A stretch of DNA of 64,000 nucleotides from an uncultured Alphaproteobacteria bacterium (GTDB taxonomy: Bacteria > Pseudomonadota > Alphaproteobacteria > Methylaequorales > Methylaequoraceae). Under the pieces are notes generated by a model. That model saw only the letters and a program-made list of their open reading frames with translations, searched no databases and was not told the DNA's origin. This document shows, one piece after another, positions 27,021 to 36,878 of this stretch. The stretch spans positions 7,059 through 71,058 of the forward strand of contig CACBBU010000002.1 in assembly GCA_902537615.1 (NCBI GenBank), read 5' to 3'. Every line of letters starts with the position of its first letter. Position 1 is the stretch's first letter. The position numbers were made by a program, and so were the translations under genes.

Positions 27021-28943
27021 TTGTTTGTAGTTTCTATATTTCTTCCACTTTTAAGTTTTCTAATTTGTATTTTTTTTCAGGAAAGTTCTTCAAAGAAGCA
27101 TTTGAATTTTTTTTCATGCTTAATGATGATTATTGCAACTATTTTTTCTTTCTTCTCATTGGTATTTGTTAAGATTAATGGTGAGTCAGCTATAATTTTA
27201 AGTAGATGGATTGATTCTGGTAACCTGAGTTTAGACTGGTCTCTTCAGCTCAATATTCTTACAGCATCAATGGTATTAATGGTTAATTTAGTATCTACTT
27301 TAATTCATATTTATTCTGTAGGTTATATGGAAAAAGACCCAAAAAAGATTTTGTTTATGGCATATCTGAGCCTTTTTACTTTTTTCATGCTTTTTTTGGT
27401 GTCATCTTCTAATCTTCTTCAACTTTTTTTAGGCTGGGAGGGTGTTGGTTTAACATCCTATCTTTTGATAGGGTTCTGGAATTATAAGGAAAAGGCAAAT
27501 AATGCAGCCTTAAAAGCTTTTATTGTTAACAGAGTCGGTGATGCTGGTTTACTATTAGCTTTATTTACCACTTTTGTTGTTTTCGGAACTTTAAATATAG
27601 GTGAAATAAAACTTTTAATTAATTCACAAAATGAATCTTATTTCAATTTCTTAGGGTTTGATATACACTCATTAACGTTAATAAGTTTACTTTTATTTGT
27701 TGGTTGCATGGGTAAATCAGCTCAATTTGGTCTTCATGTTTGGTTACCAGATGCAATGGAGGGTCCGACGCCTGTTTCTGCGCTCATTCACGCAGCAACA
27801 ATGGTAACAGCAGGTGTTTTTTTATTAATAGTAATGTCTCCTTTGTTACAATCCTCAGAATTTTCTTTAAACTTTATTTTAATTATTGGCTCTATAACTT
27901 GTATATTTGCTTCTTCAGTTGCAGTTTTCCAGAATGACATAAAAAGAATAATTGCTTACTCTACTTGTAGTCAACTAGGTTATATGTTTATGGCAATTGG
28001 TTCATCGGCATATACTCTTGCTTACTTTCATTTATTATCTCATGCTTTTTTCAAGGCACTTTTATTTTTAGGAGCGGGATCAGTTATACATTCTATGTCT
28101 GATGAACAGGATATAAAAAAAATGGGAGGATTGTATAATAAAATTCCACTTACCTATATAACAATGCTTATAGGATCCTTATCACTAATTGGTTTACCTT
28201 TTCTGAGTGGTTATTATTCAAAGGATCTAATTCTCGAAATTTTATATTTAAATGACTTTGAATACTCATTACAATTTTTTACGATGGGTGTGATTGGAGT
28301 TTTATTTACCTCTATTTATACATTAAGGCTTCTTGTGTATGTTTTTCATCGTGAAAGTGTAGCTGATGAAAAAGTCATAGCGCATATTCATGAATCTCCT
28401 TTGATAATGATTTTACCTTTGGTAATTTTGTCAGTTTTTGCAATATTTTTCGGAATGTTTATGAAGCTTATTTTTACTGAAATAAACTTTCTAGAGATGT
28501 GGTCCTACACAATACATGTTGACAAATCATTAGATGCTTCTTTTATAAGTCAAAATGTTCCTGTTCTAATTAAAAAACTTCCCTTACTTATGATTCTAAT
28601 AGGAACTATAGTAATTCTTTTTCTTTACTTTTCTTTTAGAAATTTAGTTCCTTTTTTAAAATTAAGACTTAGTTTTATTTACAATTTTTTTAAAAATAAA
28701 TGGTATGTAGATCAACTTTATGAAAGAATTTTTGTTAGACCGACTTTTTATTTTGGAAAGGGTTTTTGGAAGTCAGTTGATAAAGAATTAATAGATAACC
28801 TTGGTCCTAATGGTTTTAGTAGAATTGTTCTTTCATTTAGCTCTTTAATTTCTAAGCTTCAATCAGGTTTTCTATATCATTATGTACTGTCTATAATAAT
28901 AGGCCTTACATTACTAATTAGTTTGTACACTTATATATTTTAA
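27021..28943 (+). CDS. nuoL: NADH-quinone oxidoreductase subunit L
   Basis: Antiporter-like subunit with GWEGVGLTSYLLIGFW, KSAQFGLHVWLPDAMEGPTPVSALIHAATMV and a long C-terminal lateral-helix region. TTG start. Confidence 0.95.
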   Translation: MFVVSIFLPLLSFLICIFFQESSSKKHLNFFSCLMMIIATIFSFFSLVFVKINGESAIILSRWIDSGNLSLDWSLQLNILTASMVLMVNLVSTLIHIYSVGYMEKDPKKILFMAYLSLFTFFMLFLVSSSNLLQLFLGWEGVGLTSYLLIGFWNYKEKANNAALKAFIVNRVGDAGLLLALFTTFVVFGTLNIGEIKLLINSQNESYFNFLGFDIHSLTLISLLLFVGCMGKSAQFGLHVWLPDAMEGPTPVSALIHAATMVTAGVFLLIVMSPLLQSSEFSLNFILIIGSITCIFASSVAVFQNDIKRIIAYSTCSQLGYMFMAIGSSAYTLAYFHLLSHAFFKALLFLGAGSVIHSMSDEQDIKKMGGLYNKIPLTYITMLIGSLSLIGLPFLSGYYSKDLILEILYLNDFEYSLQFFTMGVIGVLFTSIYTLRLLVYVFHRESVADEKVIAHIHESPLIMILPLVILSVFAIFFGMFMKLIFTEINFLEMWSYTIHVDKSLDASFISQNVPVLIKKLPLLMILIGTIVILFLYFSFRNLVPFLKLRLSFIYNFFKNKWYVDQLYERIFVRPTFYFGKGFWKSVDKELIDNLGPNGFSRIVLSFSSLISKLQSGFLYHYVLSIIIGLTLLISLYTYIF

Positions 28944-30424
28944 TGATCAACTTACCTATATTACCTATTCTCATATGTCTACCACTAATTGGGCTTTTAT
29001 TCATTCTTTTATCATCTGAAAATGATGAGCACTCAATTCAGTCAAAAAAATCTGCTATTTGGACATCTTTAAGTAATTTTTTACTATCTTTATACCTTCC
29101 TTTAAATTTTAACAAAGAGATACCACATTTTCAGTTTGTTAATTCATTCAACTGGTTTAACAGTGATAATCTTAAGTTTACATTAGGAGTTGATGGTATT
29201 TCAATGCCATTCATAGTTTTATCAACTTTTTTAATTTTATTGTGTGTAATTTATCTATTTCCGCAAAAAAAAAAGAATATGAGAATGTATCTTGCATCTT
29301 TTATTTTGCTTGAATCTTTTTTAATTGGGACATTTAGTGCTATAGATCTTTTTTCATTTTATATTTTTTTTGAGTCAATTTTAATTCCCATGTATTTAAT
29401 TATTGGATTTTGGGGTGGAGATCGTAGAGTTTATTCCGCATATAAATTTTTTCTCTACACATTACTTGGTTCAGTGTTGATGTTAATTGCAATAATATTT
29501 TTATATCAAGAGTTTGGAACCACAAGTATAGCTAGACTTCTTGATTACACTTTACCATTCTACATACAAGTTTGGCTATGGTTAGCTTTTTTTGCTTCTT
29601 TCGCAGTAAAGATCCCGATGTGGCCTTTTCACACATGGTTGCCTGATGCTCATGTAGAGGCACCAACTGAAGGTTCAGTGATTTTGGCAGGTATTCTTCT
29701 TAAATTAGGAGGTTATGGATTTATTAGGTTTAATCTTTCCTTCTTACCTGATGCTTCAATTTTTTTTACACCTTTTATCTATTTTCTTTCAGTCATCGCA
29801 ATTATTTACACATCTTTTATCGCTATTGTTCAAGATGATATGAAAAAACTTATTGCATATTCATCCGTAGCACACATGGGTTTCGTTACCCTAGGAATTT
29901 TTTCAGCCAATATGCAGGGTCTTCACGGTGCAATTGTGCAGATGATATCACACGGTATAATTTCAGCTGCTTTGTTCTTCTGTATTGGGTCTATTTATAA
30001 TAGATATAAGACCAAGGAAATTAATTTTTTTGGTGGATTAAGTCAAAAGGTTCCAAAAATGGCAGTTTTTTTTCTTATCTTTACACTTGGGGCTATTGGC
30101 TTTCCTGGAAGTTCAGGGTTTATTGGCGAATTTTTAACTTTGATGTCTGTTTACAGTAGAAATACTCTAGTGGCTTTTATTTCTTCATTTGGAGTTATAC
30201 TTGCTGCAACTTACATGCTTCTTTTGTACAAAAAAGTTTTTCTTGGACCAGTAAATCCGAATATAGACAAAAAAATTAATCAATTACATTTTAATGAAAT
30301 CATTACCTTTATAGCCCTATCAATTATGATTTTAATAATAGGTATTAAACCAAATTTAATTTTAAGTTACACTACTTCTTCTTTGGATAGAATAGTATCA
30401 TTGTATCCAATAACAATTTTTTAA
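28943..30424 (+). CDS. nuoM: NADH-quinone oxidoreductase subunit M
   Basis: FAVKIPMWPFHTWLPDAHVEAPT and KKLIAYSSVAHMG motifs. Confidence 0.95.
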   Translation: MINLPILPILICLPLIGLLFILLSSENDEHSIQSKKSAIWTSLSNFLLSLYLPLNFNKEIPHFQFVNSFNWFNSDNLKFTLGVDGISMPFIVLSTFLILLCVIYLFPQKKKNMRMYLASFILLESFLIGTFSAIDLFSFYIFFESILIPMYLIIGFWGGDRRVYSAYKFFLYTLLGSVLMLIAIIFLYQEFGTTSIARLLDYTLPFYIQVWLWLAFFASFAVKIPMWPFHTWLPDAHVEAPTEGSVILAGILLKLGGYGFIRFNLSFLPDASIFFTPFIYFLSVIAIIYTSFIAIVQDDMKKLIAYSSVAHMGFVTLGIFSANMQGLHGAIVQMISHGIISAALFFCIGSIYNRYKTKEINFFGGLSQKVPKMAVFFLIFTLGAIGFPGSSGFIGEFLTLMSVYSRNTLVAFISSFGVILAATYMLLLYKKVFLGPVNPNIDKKINQLHFNEIITFIALSIMILIIGIKPNLILSYTTSSLDRIVSLYPITIF

Positions 30425-30434
30425 AGGCAACGTT

Positions 30435-31862
30435 TTGATAATCTTACCAGAAATAATTTTGTCTATTGGCTTCTTATTATTATTATGTATATCACCTTTC
30501 ATAAAAAATGATTCTCACAAATTTATTGGATATTTAAGTTTATTACTTATTTTTTTAACACAGTTTTCAATTGTAAAAGATATTTTTATTTTTGAAGAAG
30601 TTTTTGAAGGGTTTTTTATAGTTGACTCATTCGGTTCTTTCTTAAAATTAATTATTTTAATTTCCGCAGGTTTAGTTTTATTTTTCTATCTGATTGTAAA
30701 AAACGACAAATCTCTTGATAGACCAGAATTTCCACTAGTTGTTTTGATATCTCTTATTGGAATGATGTTTATGGTATCTGCTAATAATTTGTTGTCCTTA
30801 TTTGTGTCTATAGAGCTACAAAGTTTGGCTCTTTATATTTTGGTTTCATTCTCTAAAGAAGATTTGAATTCGTCGGAGGCGGGAGTGAAATATTTTGTGG
30901 TAGGCAGTTTATCAACCTGTATTTTTTTATTTGGTTCAAGCCTGATATATGGTTTGGTAGGTTCAACTGACTTTTCATCAATTAGCAAATATATGATAGA
31001 TCAACCTGATATTCCAATGATTCTTATCATTGGACTTATTTTCATTTTAGTTTCAATTTCCTTAAAAATTTCAGCTGCTCCTTTTCATATGTGGACACCG
31101 GATGTTTATCAAGGTGCACCAACAATTGTAACAGCCTTTATATCAACTGCTCCAAAAGTTGCTGTGTTTGGTGTTTTAATAAGACTTCTTGTTTTTCCAT
31201 TTGGAGAGATAATAGTAGATTGGGGTAAGCTTGTTATAATTCTTTCTATAACCTCAATGATTATTGGTTCACTAGGAGCTATCATGCAAAGTGATATCAA
31301 AAGGTTGATGGCTTATAGTACAATTAATCATATTGGTTTTATGTTGATGGGCCTTGTTCCAGGTACTGAGGATGGAATAACTGCTATTTCTATTTATTTA
31401 ATTCTATACTTAACAATGAATTTAGGTGTATTTTTATTTATACTTAATATGCAAAGAGATCAGATTAATGTAACATCAATAAAAGATTTATCTGGCTTGT
31501 ATAAAACAGAACCAATAATGGCCGGCTGCCTTGCAATAATTCTTTTTTCAATGGCGGGCATACCACCCTTAGCTGGGTTTGTTGGAAAGTTACTTATTCT
31601 TAATGTTGTTGTAGATAGTAATTTATTTTTCTTGGCAACTTTAGCTGTTATAACCTCTGTAGTTGCTGCTTTTTATTACATAAGAATGGTTAAATCAATT
31701 TTTTTTGATGAACCATCAGAAGAGCTAGATATTTTAACTAATAATCAATCAAAGTTATTAATGATTCTTTTTTCATTTTTTAATTTAACTGTTATTCTTT
31801 ATCCTCAATTTTTTCTTAACCTGTCAGCTTCAATAGCATTATCATTATTTGCCTTAAAATAA
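30435..31862 (+). CDS. nuoN: NADH-quinone oxidoreductase subunit N
   Basis: LKISAAPFHMWTPDVYQGAPT and KRLMAYSTINHIG motifs. TTG start. Confidence 0.95.
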   Translation: MIILPEIILSIGFLLLLCISPFIKNDSHKFIGYLSLLLIFLTQFSIVKDIFIFEEVFEGFFIVDSFGSFLKLIILISAGLVLFFYLIVKNDKSLDRPEFPLVVLISLIGMMFMVSANNLLSLFVSIELQSLALYILVSFSKEDLNSSEAGVKYFVVGSLSTCIFLFGSSLIYGLVGSTDFSSISKYMIDQPDIPMILIIGLIFILVSISLKISAAPFHMWTPDVYQGAPTIVTAFISTAPKVAVFGVLIRLLVFPFGEIIVDWGKLVIILSITSMIIGSLGAIMQSDIKRLMAYSTINHIGFMLMGLVPGTEDGITAISIYLILYLTMNLGVFLFILNMQRDQINVTSIKDLSGLYKTEPIMAGCLAIILFSMAGIPPLAGFVGKLLILNVVVDSNLFFLATLAVITSVVAAFYYIRMVKSIFFDEPSEELDILTNNQSKLLMILFSFFNLTVILYPQFFLNLSASIALSLFALK

Positions 31863-32584
31863 TGACAAAATTGAATTTTGATTATTTTTTTTATCAATCA
31901 ATAAAAAACACAAACGATACTACAAAAAAAATTTACGATTTAAAAAAAAAACAGAATATTGCGCTTTTAGCTCTTAAACAAAAAAGTGGTAGAGGACGAA
32001 CGAGTAAAAAGTGGATAAGTAAAAAAGGGGACCTAACATGCTCGTTTTTAATAAACTTTCAAACAACAGCAAGTAAATTAGGCCAAGTAAATTTATGGTT
32101 TATAAATAAAGTGTTTATCGTACTCAAAAAATTAAGCCCAAGCTTGAATTTAAAAATAAAATGGCCTAATGATTTATATTTGGATGAAAAAAAATTAGGA
32201 GGAATTCTTGTTGAAACAAGCATATTACGTGGAAAAGTTAATTATTTTCTATTTGGTTTAGGTATTAATTTGGTAAGTAACCCTAAAAATTTGTGTTACC
32301 CAACAATTTCTCTTATAAATTTTTCAAAAACTATAAGCCCATTAAAATTATTTTTAGAAATTTCTAAAATACTTACTAAAAGTTATTATGAACTGAAAAA
32401 CCCTTTATCGTTGAAAATAGATAATGATTTTCTAAATAATTTTAAAGACTTTAAAAGAATAGTTAAAATTAAGTTAAAGGAAGAAGTTGTAGAAGGTGAA
32501 TTCAGTTCAATAACAAAGAATGGAGAATTAGTGTTAGTTACTCCACAAAAAAAATTAATAATAAATTTTGGTGAGATTTTATGA
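31862..32584 (+). CDS. birA: biotin--[acetyl-CoA-carboxylase] ligase (group I, no HTH domain)
   Basis: QKSGRGRTSKKW (GRGRxxxxW) and KWPNDLYLDEKKLGGILVE motifs. 240 aa. It follows nuoN, as in many alphaproteobacteria. Confidence 0.88.
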   Translation: MTKLNFDYFFYQSIKNTNDTTKKIYDLKKKQNIALLALKQKSGRGRTSKKWISKKGDLTCSFLINFQTTASKLGQVNLWFINKVFIVLKKLSPSLNLKIKWPNDLYLDEKKLGGILVETSILRGKVNYFLFGLGINLVSNPKNLCYPTISLINFSKTISPLKLFLEISKILTKSYYELKNPLSLKIDNDFLNNFKDFKRIVKIKLKEEVVEGEFSSITKNGELVLVTPQKKLIINFGEIL

Positions 32585-33330
32585 CAAATGTTACGATAGA
32601 TATAGGAAATACAATAATTTCTTTTTGTATGTTTAAAAAAAATAGATTGCTAAAATATACAAAAATACCTAAAGATAAATTAGATTTAAAAGTACTTAAT
32701 AGGTTGAGGAATAAATTTTTTGGAGAAAAAAAAATCAATTTATTAATTTCTTCTGTAGTTCCCTCAAGTGAAAAAATAATTAAATCTTTCCTTGGAGATA
32801 ATTTAATTAATTTTTTTTCGTTAAAAGATTTGTTAAAAAAGATTAATATTGAAGTTAATATAAAAAAAAAAAAAGAAATCGGAGACGACAGATTTACTAA
32901 TATAATATTTGCCAGAGAAATTTATAAAAATTCAGTTATTATAATTGATTTTGGAACAGCAACAACATTTGATGTTTTGAATAGAAAAGGTGTTTATTTT
33001 GGAGGTGTTATTACACCAGGTATAGATTTATCCCTCAATGCTTTGAGATATAAAACCGCTCAGCTTCCTTTGGTAAAGTTTAAAAAAACAAAAAAAGTAA
33101 TTGGTTTTAATACCAAAGAAGCAATTCAGTCAGGTTTTTTTTGGGGATATTTTTCAATGATTCAGGGGTTAATAAATAAAATTGAAGAAGAACAAAATGA
33201 AAGTTTTAAAATAATTTTAACTGGTGGGAATGCTAACTATTTTAAAGGTATTCACAAAAAAGTAGTATTAATTGATGAATTCTTTACTTCTAAAGCTTTG
33301 AATTATATTTTAAATGAATATGTAAAATGA
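32581..33330 (+). CDS. coaX: type III pantothenate kinase
   Basis: IDIGNT, IIDFGTATTFD and the TGGNA C-terminal motif. ATGA overlap with birA. Confidence 0.9.
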   Translation: MTNVTIDIGNTIISFCMFKKNRLLKYTKIPKDKLDLKVLNRLRNKFFGEKKINLLISSVVPSSEKIIKSFLGDNLINFFSLKDLLKKINIEVNIKKKKEIGDDRFTNIIFAREIYKNSVIIIDFGTATTFDVLNRKGVYFGGVITPGIDLSLNALRYKTAQLPLVKFKKTKKVIGFNTKEAIQSGFFWGYFSMIQGLINKIEEEQNESFKIILTGGNANYFKGIHKKVVLIDEFFTSKALNYILNEYVK

Positions 33331-34973
33331 AATTTTCTAAAAATGATTTAGTTTTTATCCCTCTTGGGGGTTCTGGCGAAATTGGTATGAACTGTAACTT
33401 GTATCATTACAACAATAGTTGGATAATGATTGATTTGGGCGTAATGTTCGGGAATTCAAACCTTTCATCTAATGAACTAATCATGCCTAATATTGATTTT
33501 TTGATTAATAATAATATAAAGCTTGACGGTCTGATTTTAACTCATGCGCATGAAGATCATATTGGTGCTGTTCCGTTTCTTTATAAAAAACTGGACAGTT
33601 TTAAAATTTTTACAACTTCTTTTACTGCATCTGTGTTAAAGCGAAAGTTTGATTCATATGGAATTAGGGAAATAAATATTGAACTATTAAATTATAATGA
33701 GAGTATAGAAATTGGAGATTTTAATATTGAAACGCTTGCATTAACTCATTCAATTCCAGAACCAAACGCTATTATTTTAAGGACTAAAAAGCTTAATATC
33801 TTTCATACTGGTGATTGGAAAATTGATCCAACTCCCCTTGTAGGAAACCCAATTGACCAAACCAAATTAAATAATTTAAAAAATGAGGGTATTGATGTAA
33901 TGGTTTGTGATTCAACTAATGTTTTTAATGAAAACCCATCTGGAAGCGAAAACGATGTAAGAAAAGAATTAAGACAAATTTTTCAAAAAAAAAATAAAAA
34001 TAAAATAATAGTTACCTGCTTTGCCTCAAATATAGCTAGATTAGAAACAATATTAAAAGTATCAAATGAATTCAATAAATGTTGTGTTTTTTTGGGGAGA
34101 TCTATTCATAGAATTTATGAGTCAGCAAAAGAAAACAATTACCTTACAAATTTTAATAATATTGTTTCTGAAAAGGAGTCAAGTTCAATTCCGGAAGATA
34201 ATTTAGTAATCATATGTACTGGTAGCCAGGGTGAAACTAACGCTGCATTATCACGCCTAGTAAACGATAATAATAGATTTATTGAAATTTTAAAAAATGA
34301 TCTAGTTATTTTTTCCTCTAGGGAAATACCAGGTAATGAAAAAAAAATAAGTGAGCTAAAAAATAAATTACTAAAAAAGAATGTTAATATAATAGATAGT
34401 AAGATTTCTAAAATACATGTTTCAGGACACCCTTCAAAAAAAGAATTAAAACAAATGTATGAATGGGTGTCTCCCAATACAATAATTCCTGTGCATGGAG
34501 AATTTAAACACTTAAGTGAACACGCTAATTATGCAAAAAATTGTGGAATTAAAAAACAGATTTTAGTTGAGAATGGTGATGTTGTTTTGTTGGAGAAAAA
34601 TAGTTCAAAAATTATTGAAAAAGTTTTTTCGGGTAGAATTCTTTTAAAAGGTAATAAAACCTTTCCTTTAGAAAATACTTTTTTAAAAAATTTAAATATT
34701 GTGAGTTCTGAGGGTGAAATTTTTATAAATATAATTTTAGATTTAGATAACAAACTATTAACGGAACCAGTTGTTTTTTGTCCAACAGTCACAGATGAAA
34801 AAAAGTTACTTGCAGACATAAGAAACTTAGTTTCTGAGCAGGTTTATGAAAATGTATCCAAATCATTTATTGATGAAATTTTATGCGATGAATTAAAAAA
34901 AACTGTTAGATCTTATATAAAGAAAAGTATAGGATTAAAACCTTTAACCTATATTGAGATTGTTAGAATTTAA
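33327..34973 (+). CDS. rnj: ribonuclease J (metallo-beta-lactamase/beta-CASP)
   Basis: LTHAHEDHIGAVP, DSTN and SGH motifs. 548 aa. Position after coaX is conserved. Confidence 0.88.
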   Translation: MKFSKNDLVFIPLGGSGEIGMNCNLYHYNNSWIMIDLGVMFGNSNLSSNELIMPNIDFLINNNIKLDGLILTHAHEDHIGAVPFLYKKLDSFKIFTTSFTASVLKRKFDSYGIREINIELLNYNESIEIGDFNIETLALTHSIPEPNAIILRTKKLNIFHTGDWKIDPTPLVGNPIDQTKLNNLKNEGIDVMVCDSTNVFNENPSGSENDVRKELRQIFQKKNKNKIIVTCFASNIARLETILKVSNEFNKCCVFLGRSIHRIYESAKENNYLTNFNNIVSEKESSSIPEDNLVIICTGSQGETNAALSRLVNDNNRFIEILKNDLVIFSSREIPGNEKKISELKNKLLKKNVNIIDSKISKIHVSGHPSKKELKQMYEWVSPNTIIPVHGEFKHLSEHANYAKNCGIKKQILVENGDVVLLEKNSSKIIEKVFSGRILLKGNKTFPLENTFLKNLNIVSSEGEIFINIILDLDNKLLTEPVVFCPTVTDEKKLLADIRNLVSEQVYENVSKSFIDEILCDELKKTVRSYIKKSIGLKPLTYIEIVRI

Positions 34974-34986
34974 AATATAATTAATT

Positions 34987-35391
34987 ATGCTAAAAAGATT
35001 TAATCATGTTGCTATAGTAGTGCCCGATCTTGACGATGCCTCTAAAAAGTATAGAGAAATTTTAAATGCAAATGTTTCAAAAGTCTATGATTATGCTGAG
35101 CACGGAGTAAGTGTTGTATTTGTAGATCTGGGAAATACGAAAATTGAGCTAATGCATCCTTATGGAGAAGACTCTCCTATAAAGAATTTTTTAGATAGGC
35201 ACACCGGAGGTGCAATGCATCATATTTGTATAGAAGTTAATGATATTAATCAAGCTTGCGAAACTTTAAAATCAAAAAATATAAGGATACTTGGTGATGG
35301 TGTACCAAAAATTGGAGCTCATAATAAACCGGTTGTTTTTCTTCATCCAAAAGATTTTTATGGTACATTAATAGAATTAGAACAGGAGTAA
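34987..35391 (+). CDS. mce: methylmalonyl-CoA epimerase (VOC family)
   Basis: LNHVAIVVPDL, TKIELMHPYGEDSPIKNFL, GGAMHHICIEVNDI and GAHNKPVVFLHPKDFYGTLIELEQ match the epimerase consensus closely. Confidence 0.88.
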   Translation: MLKRFNHVAIVVPDLDDASKKYREILNANVSKVYDYAEHGVSVVFVDLGNTKIELMHPYGEDSPIKNFLDRHTGGAMHHICIEVNDINQACETLKSKNIRILGDGVPKIGAHNKPVVFLHPKDFYGTLIELEQE

Positions 35392-35398
35392 AAAAAAA

Positions 35399-35611
35399 TT
35401 GCTTGATTTTTTTGTTATTTACCTAATTCTTTGGTGGCTAGTTTTTTTTGTTATGTTACCCTTTGGTATAGAACGTGATCAGGATGTTAGGTTTGGCAAT
35501 GATCCCGGTGCCCCTAAAAAATCCCTGATAAAAAAGAAAGCAATTATTTCATCTTTTGTAACATTAATTTTGACATCAATTGTAATTGTAATAAAAAATG
35601 AAATATTCTAA
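35399..35611 (+). CDS. DUF1467-family small membrane protein
   Basis: 70 aa. LILWWLVFFVMLPFGIER...GNDPGAP matches the DUF1467 pattern, and the gene usually follows mce in alphaproteobacteria. TTG start. Confidence 0.7.
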   Translation: MLDFFVIYLILWWLVFFVMLPFGIERDQDVRFGNDPGAPKKSLIKKKAIISSFVTLILTSIVIVIKNEIF

Positions 35612-36878
35612 TTTTTTTATTCCAACTTTTCGAGAAAACCCTTCTGATGCAAAATTAAAATCTCATATATTAATGCTAAAATCTGGAATGATAAAGCAAG
35701 AAACATCTGGAATATATTCTTGGTTGCCTCTTGGTTTTAAAGTTTTAAAAAAAATAATCAAAATCATTGAAGATACCCATGACTCTCATGGAATAAATCA
35801 AATTCTTATGCCAACAATTCAGAGCTCAGATATATGGAAAATGAGTGAAAGGTATGATACATACGGTAAGGAAATGTTAAGAATTATTGATAGAAACAAT
35901 AAAGAACTTCTTTATGGTCCTACTAATGAAGAAATGATTACATCAATTGGAAAACATTTCATTAAAAGTTACAAAAATTTACCTCGTTATTTTTATCATA
36001 TACAAAGTAAATTTAGGGACGAAATTAGACCTAGATTTGGAGTGATGAGAGCAAGAGAGTTTTTGATGAAAGATGCCTATAGTTTTGATAAAGATGAAAA
36101 ATCTGGAGAATTAACATATGAAAACTTTTTTAAACTATACTTAAGTATTTTTGAAAAATTAGGTTTAAAAATAATTCCTGTTAGAGCTCCTAGTGGAGAA
36201 ATTGGAGGAAGTCTCTCTCATGAGTTTCATCTATTATTAGAGACAGGTGAGTCAAAGATATTTATTGATGAAACTTTTTTAAACAGCAATTTTTCTAAAT
36301 TAAAAATACCCGAGATAAAATCAATTAATAGTTTTACAGACGAATTATACGACTCTCTAAAGATTAGTAAATGTTTAAAGCAACTTAAAAGCACTGAGCT
36401 TGGTCATATATTTCTTTTTGGAGAAAAGTATAGTAAATCATTTGATTTTAAAATTGACTACAATAATGAAAAAATATACCCATATATGGGATCTTATGGA
36501 ATTGGAGTTTCAAGAATCCCAGCCGCAATTATTGAATTATCAAACGATAACAATGGAATTATCTGGCCAAAAGAAGTGGCACCCTTTGAGATTACTTTAA
36601 TTAATTTAACCTCGGATAACGTAAGTACCAAATTATTTTGCGAACAACTTTACGCTAGTTTAAAGAAAAGTAATTATGATGTTTTGCTTGATGATCGTTT
36701 TGAACGACCGGGTATAAAATTCTCTGATGCAGATTTAATTGGAATACCAATCCAAATAATTGTTGGAAAAAATTTTATTGATAAAAAAGAAATTAATATT
36801 AAGACAAGAAAAGATTTGAATGAAACAACTATTTGTAGTGATAATATATTTAAATTTTTAAAAAAAATGAAAGTTTAA
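35598..36878 (+). CDS. proS: proline--tRNA ligase (short, alphaproteobacterial type lacking INS editing domain)
   Basis: FIPTFRENPSDAKLKSHILMLKSGMIKQ and KFRDEIRPRFGVMRAREFLMKDAYSFD motifs. Only 426 aa. Confidence 0.93.
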   Translation: MKYSNFFIPTFRENPSDAKLKSHILMLKSGMIKQETSGIYSWLPLGFKVLKKIIKIIEDTHDSHGINQILMPTIQSSDIWKMSERYDTYGKEMLRIIDRNNKELLYGPTNEEMITSIGKHFIKSYKNLPRYFYHIQSKFRDEIRPRFGVMRAREFLMKDAYSFDKDEKSGELTYENFFKLYLSIFEKLGLKIIPVRAPSGEIGGSLSHEFHLLLETGESKIFIDETFLNSNFSKLKIPEIKSINSFTDELYDSLKISKCLKQLKSTELGHIFLFGEKYSKSFDFKIDYNNEKIYPYMGSYGIGVSRIPAAIIELSNDNNGIIWPKEVAPFEITLINLTSDNVSTKLFCEQLYASLKKSNYDVLLDDRFERPGIKFSDADLIGIPIQIIVGKNFIDKKEINIKTRKDLNETTICSDNIFKFLKKMKV

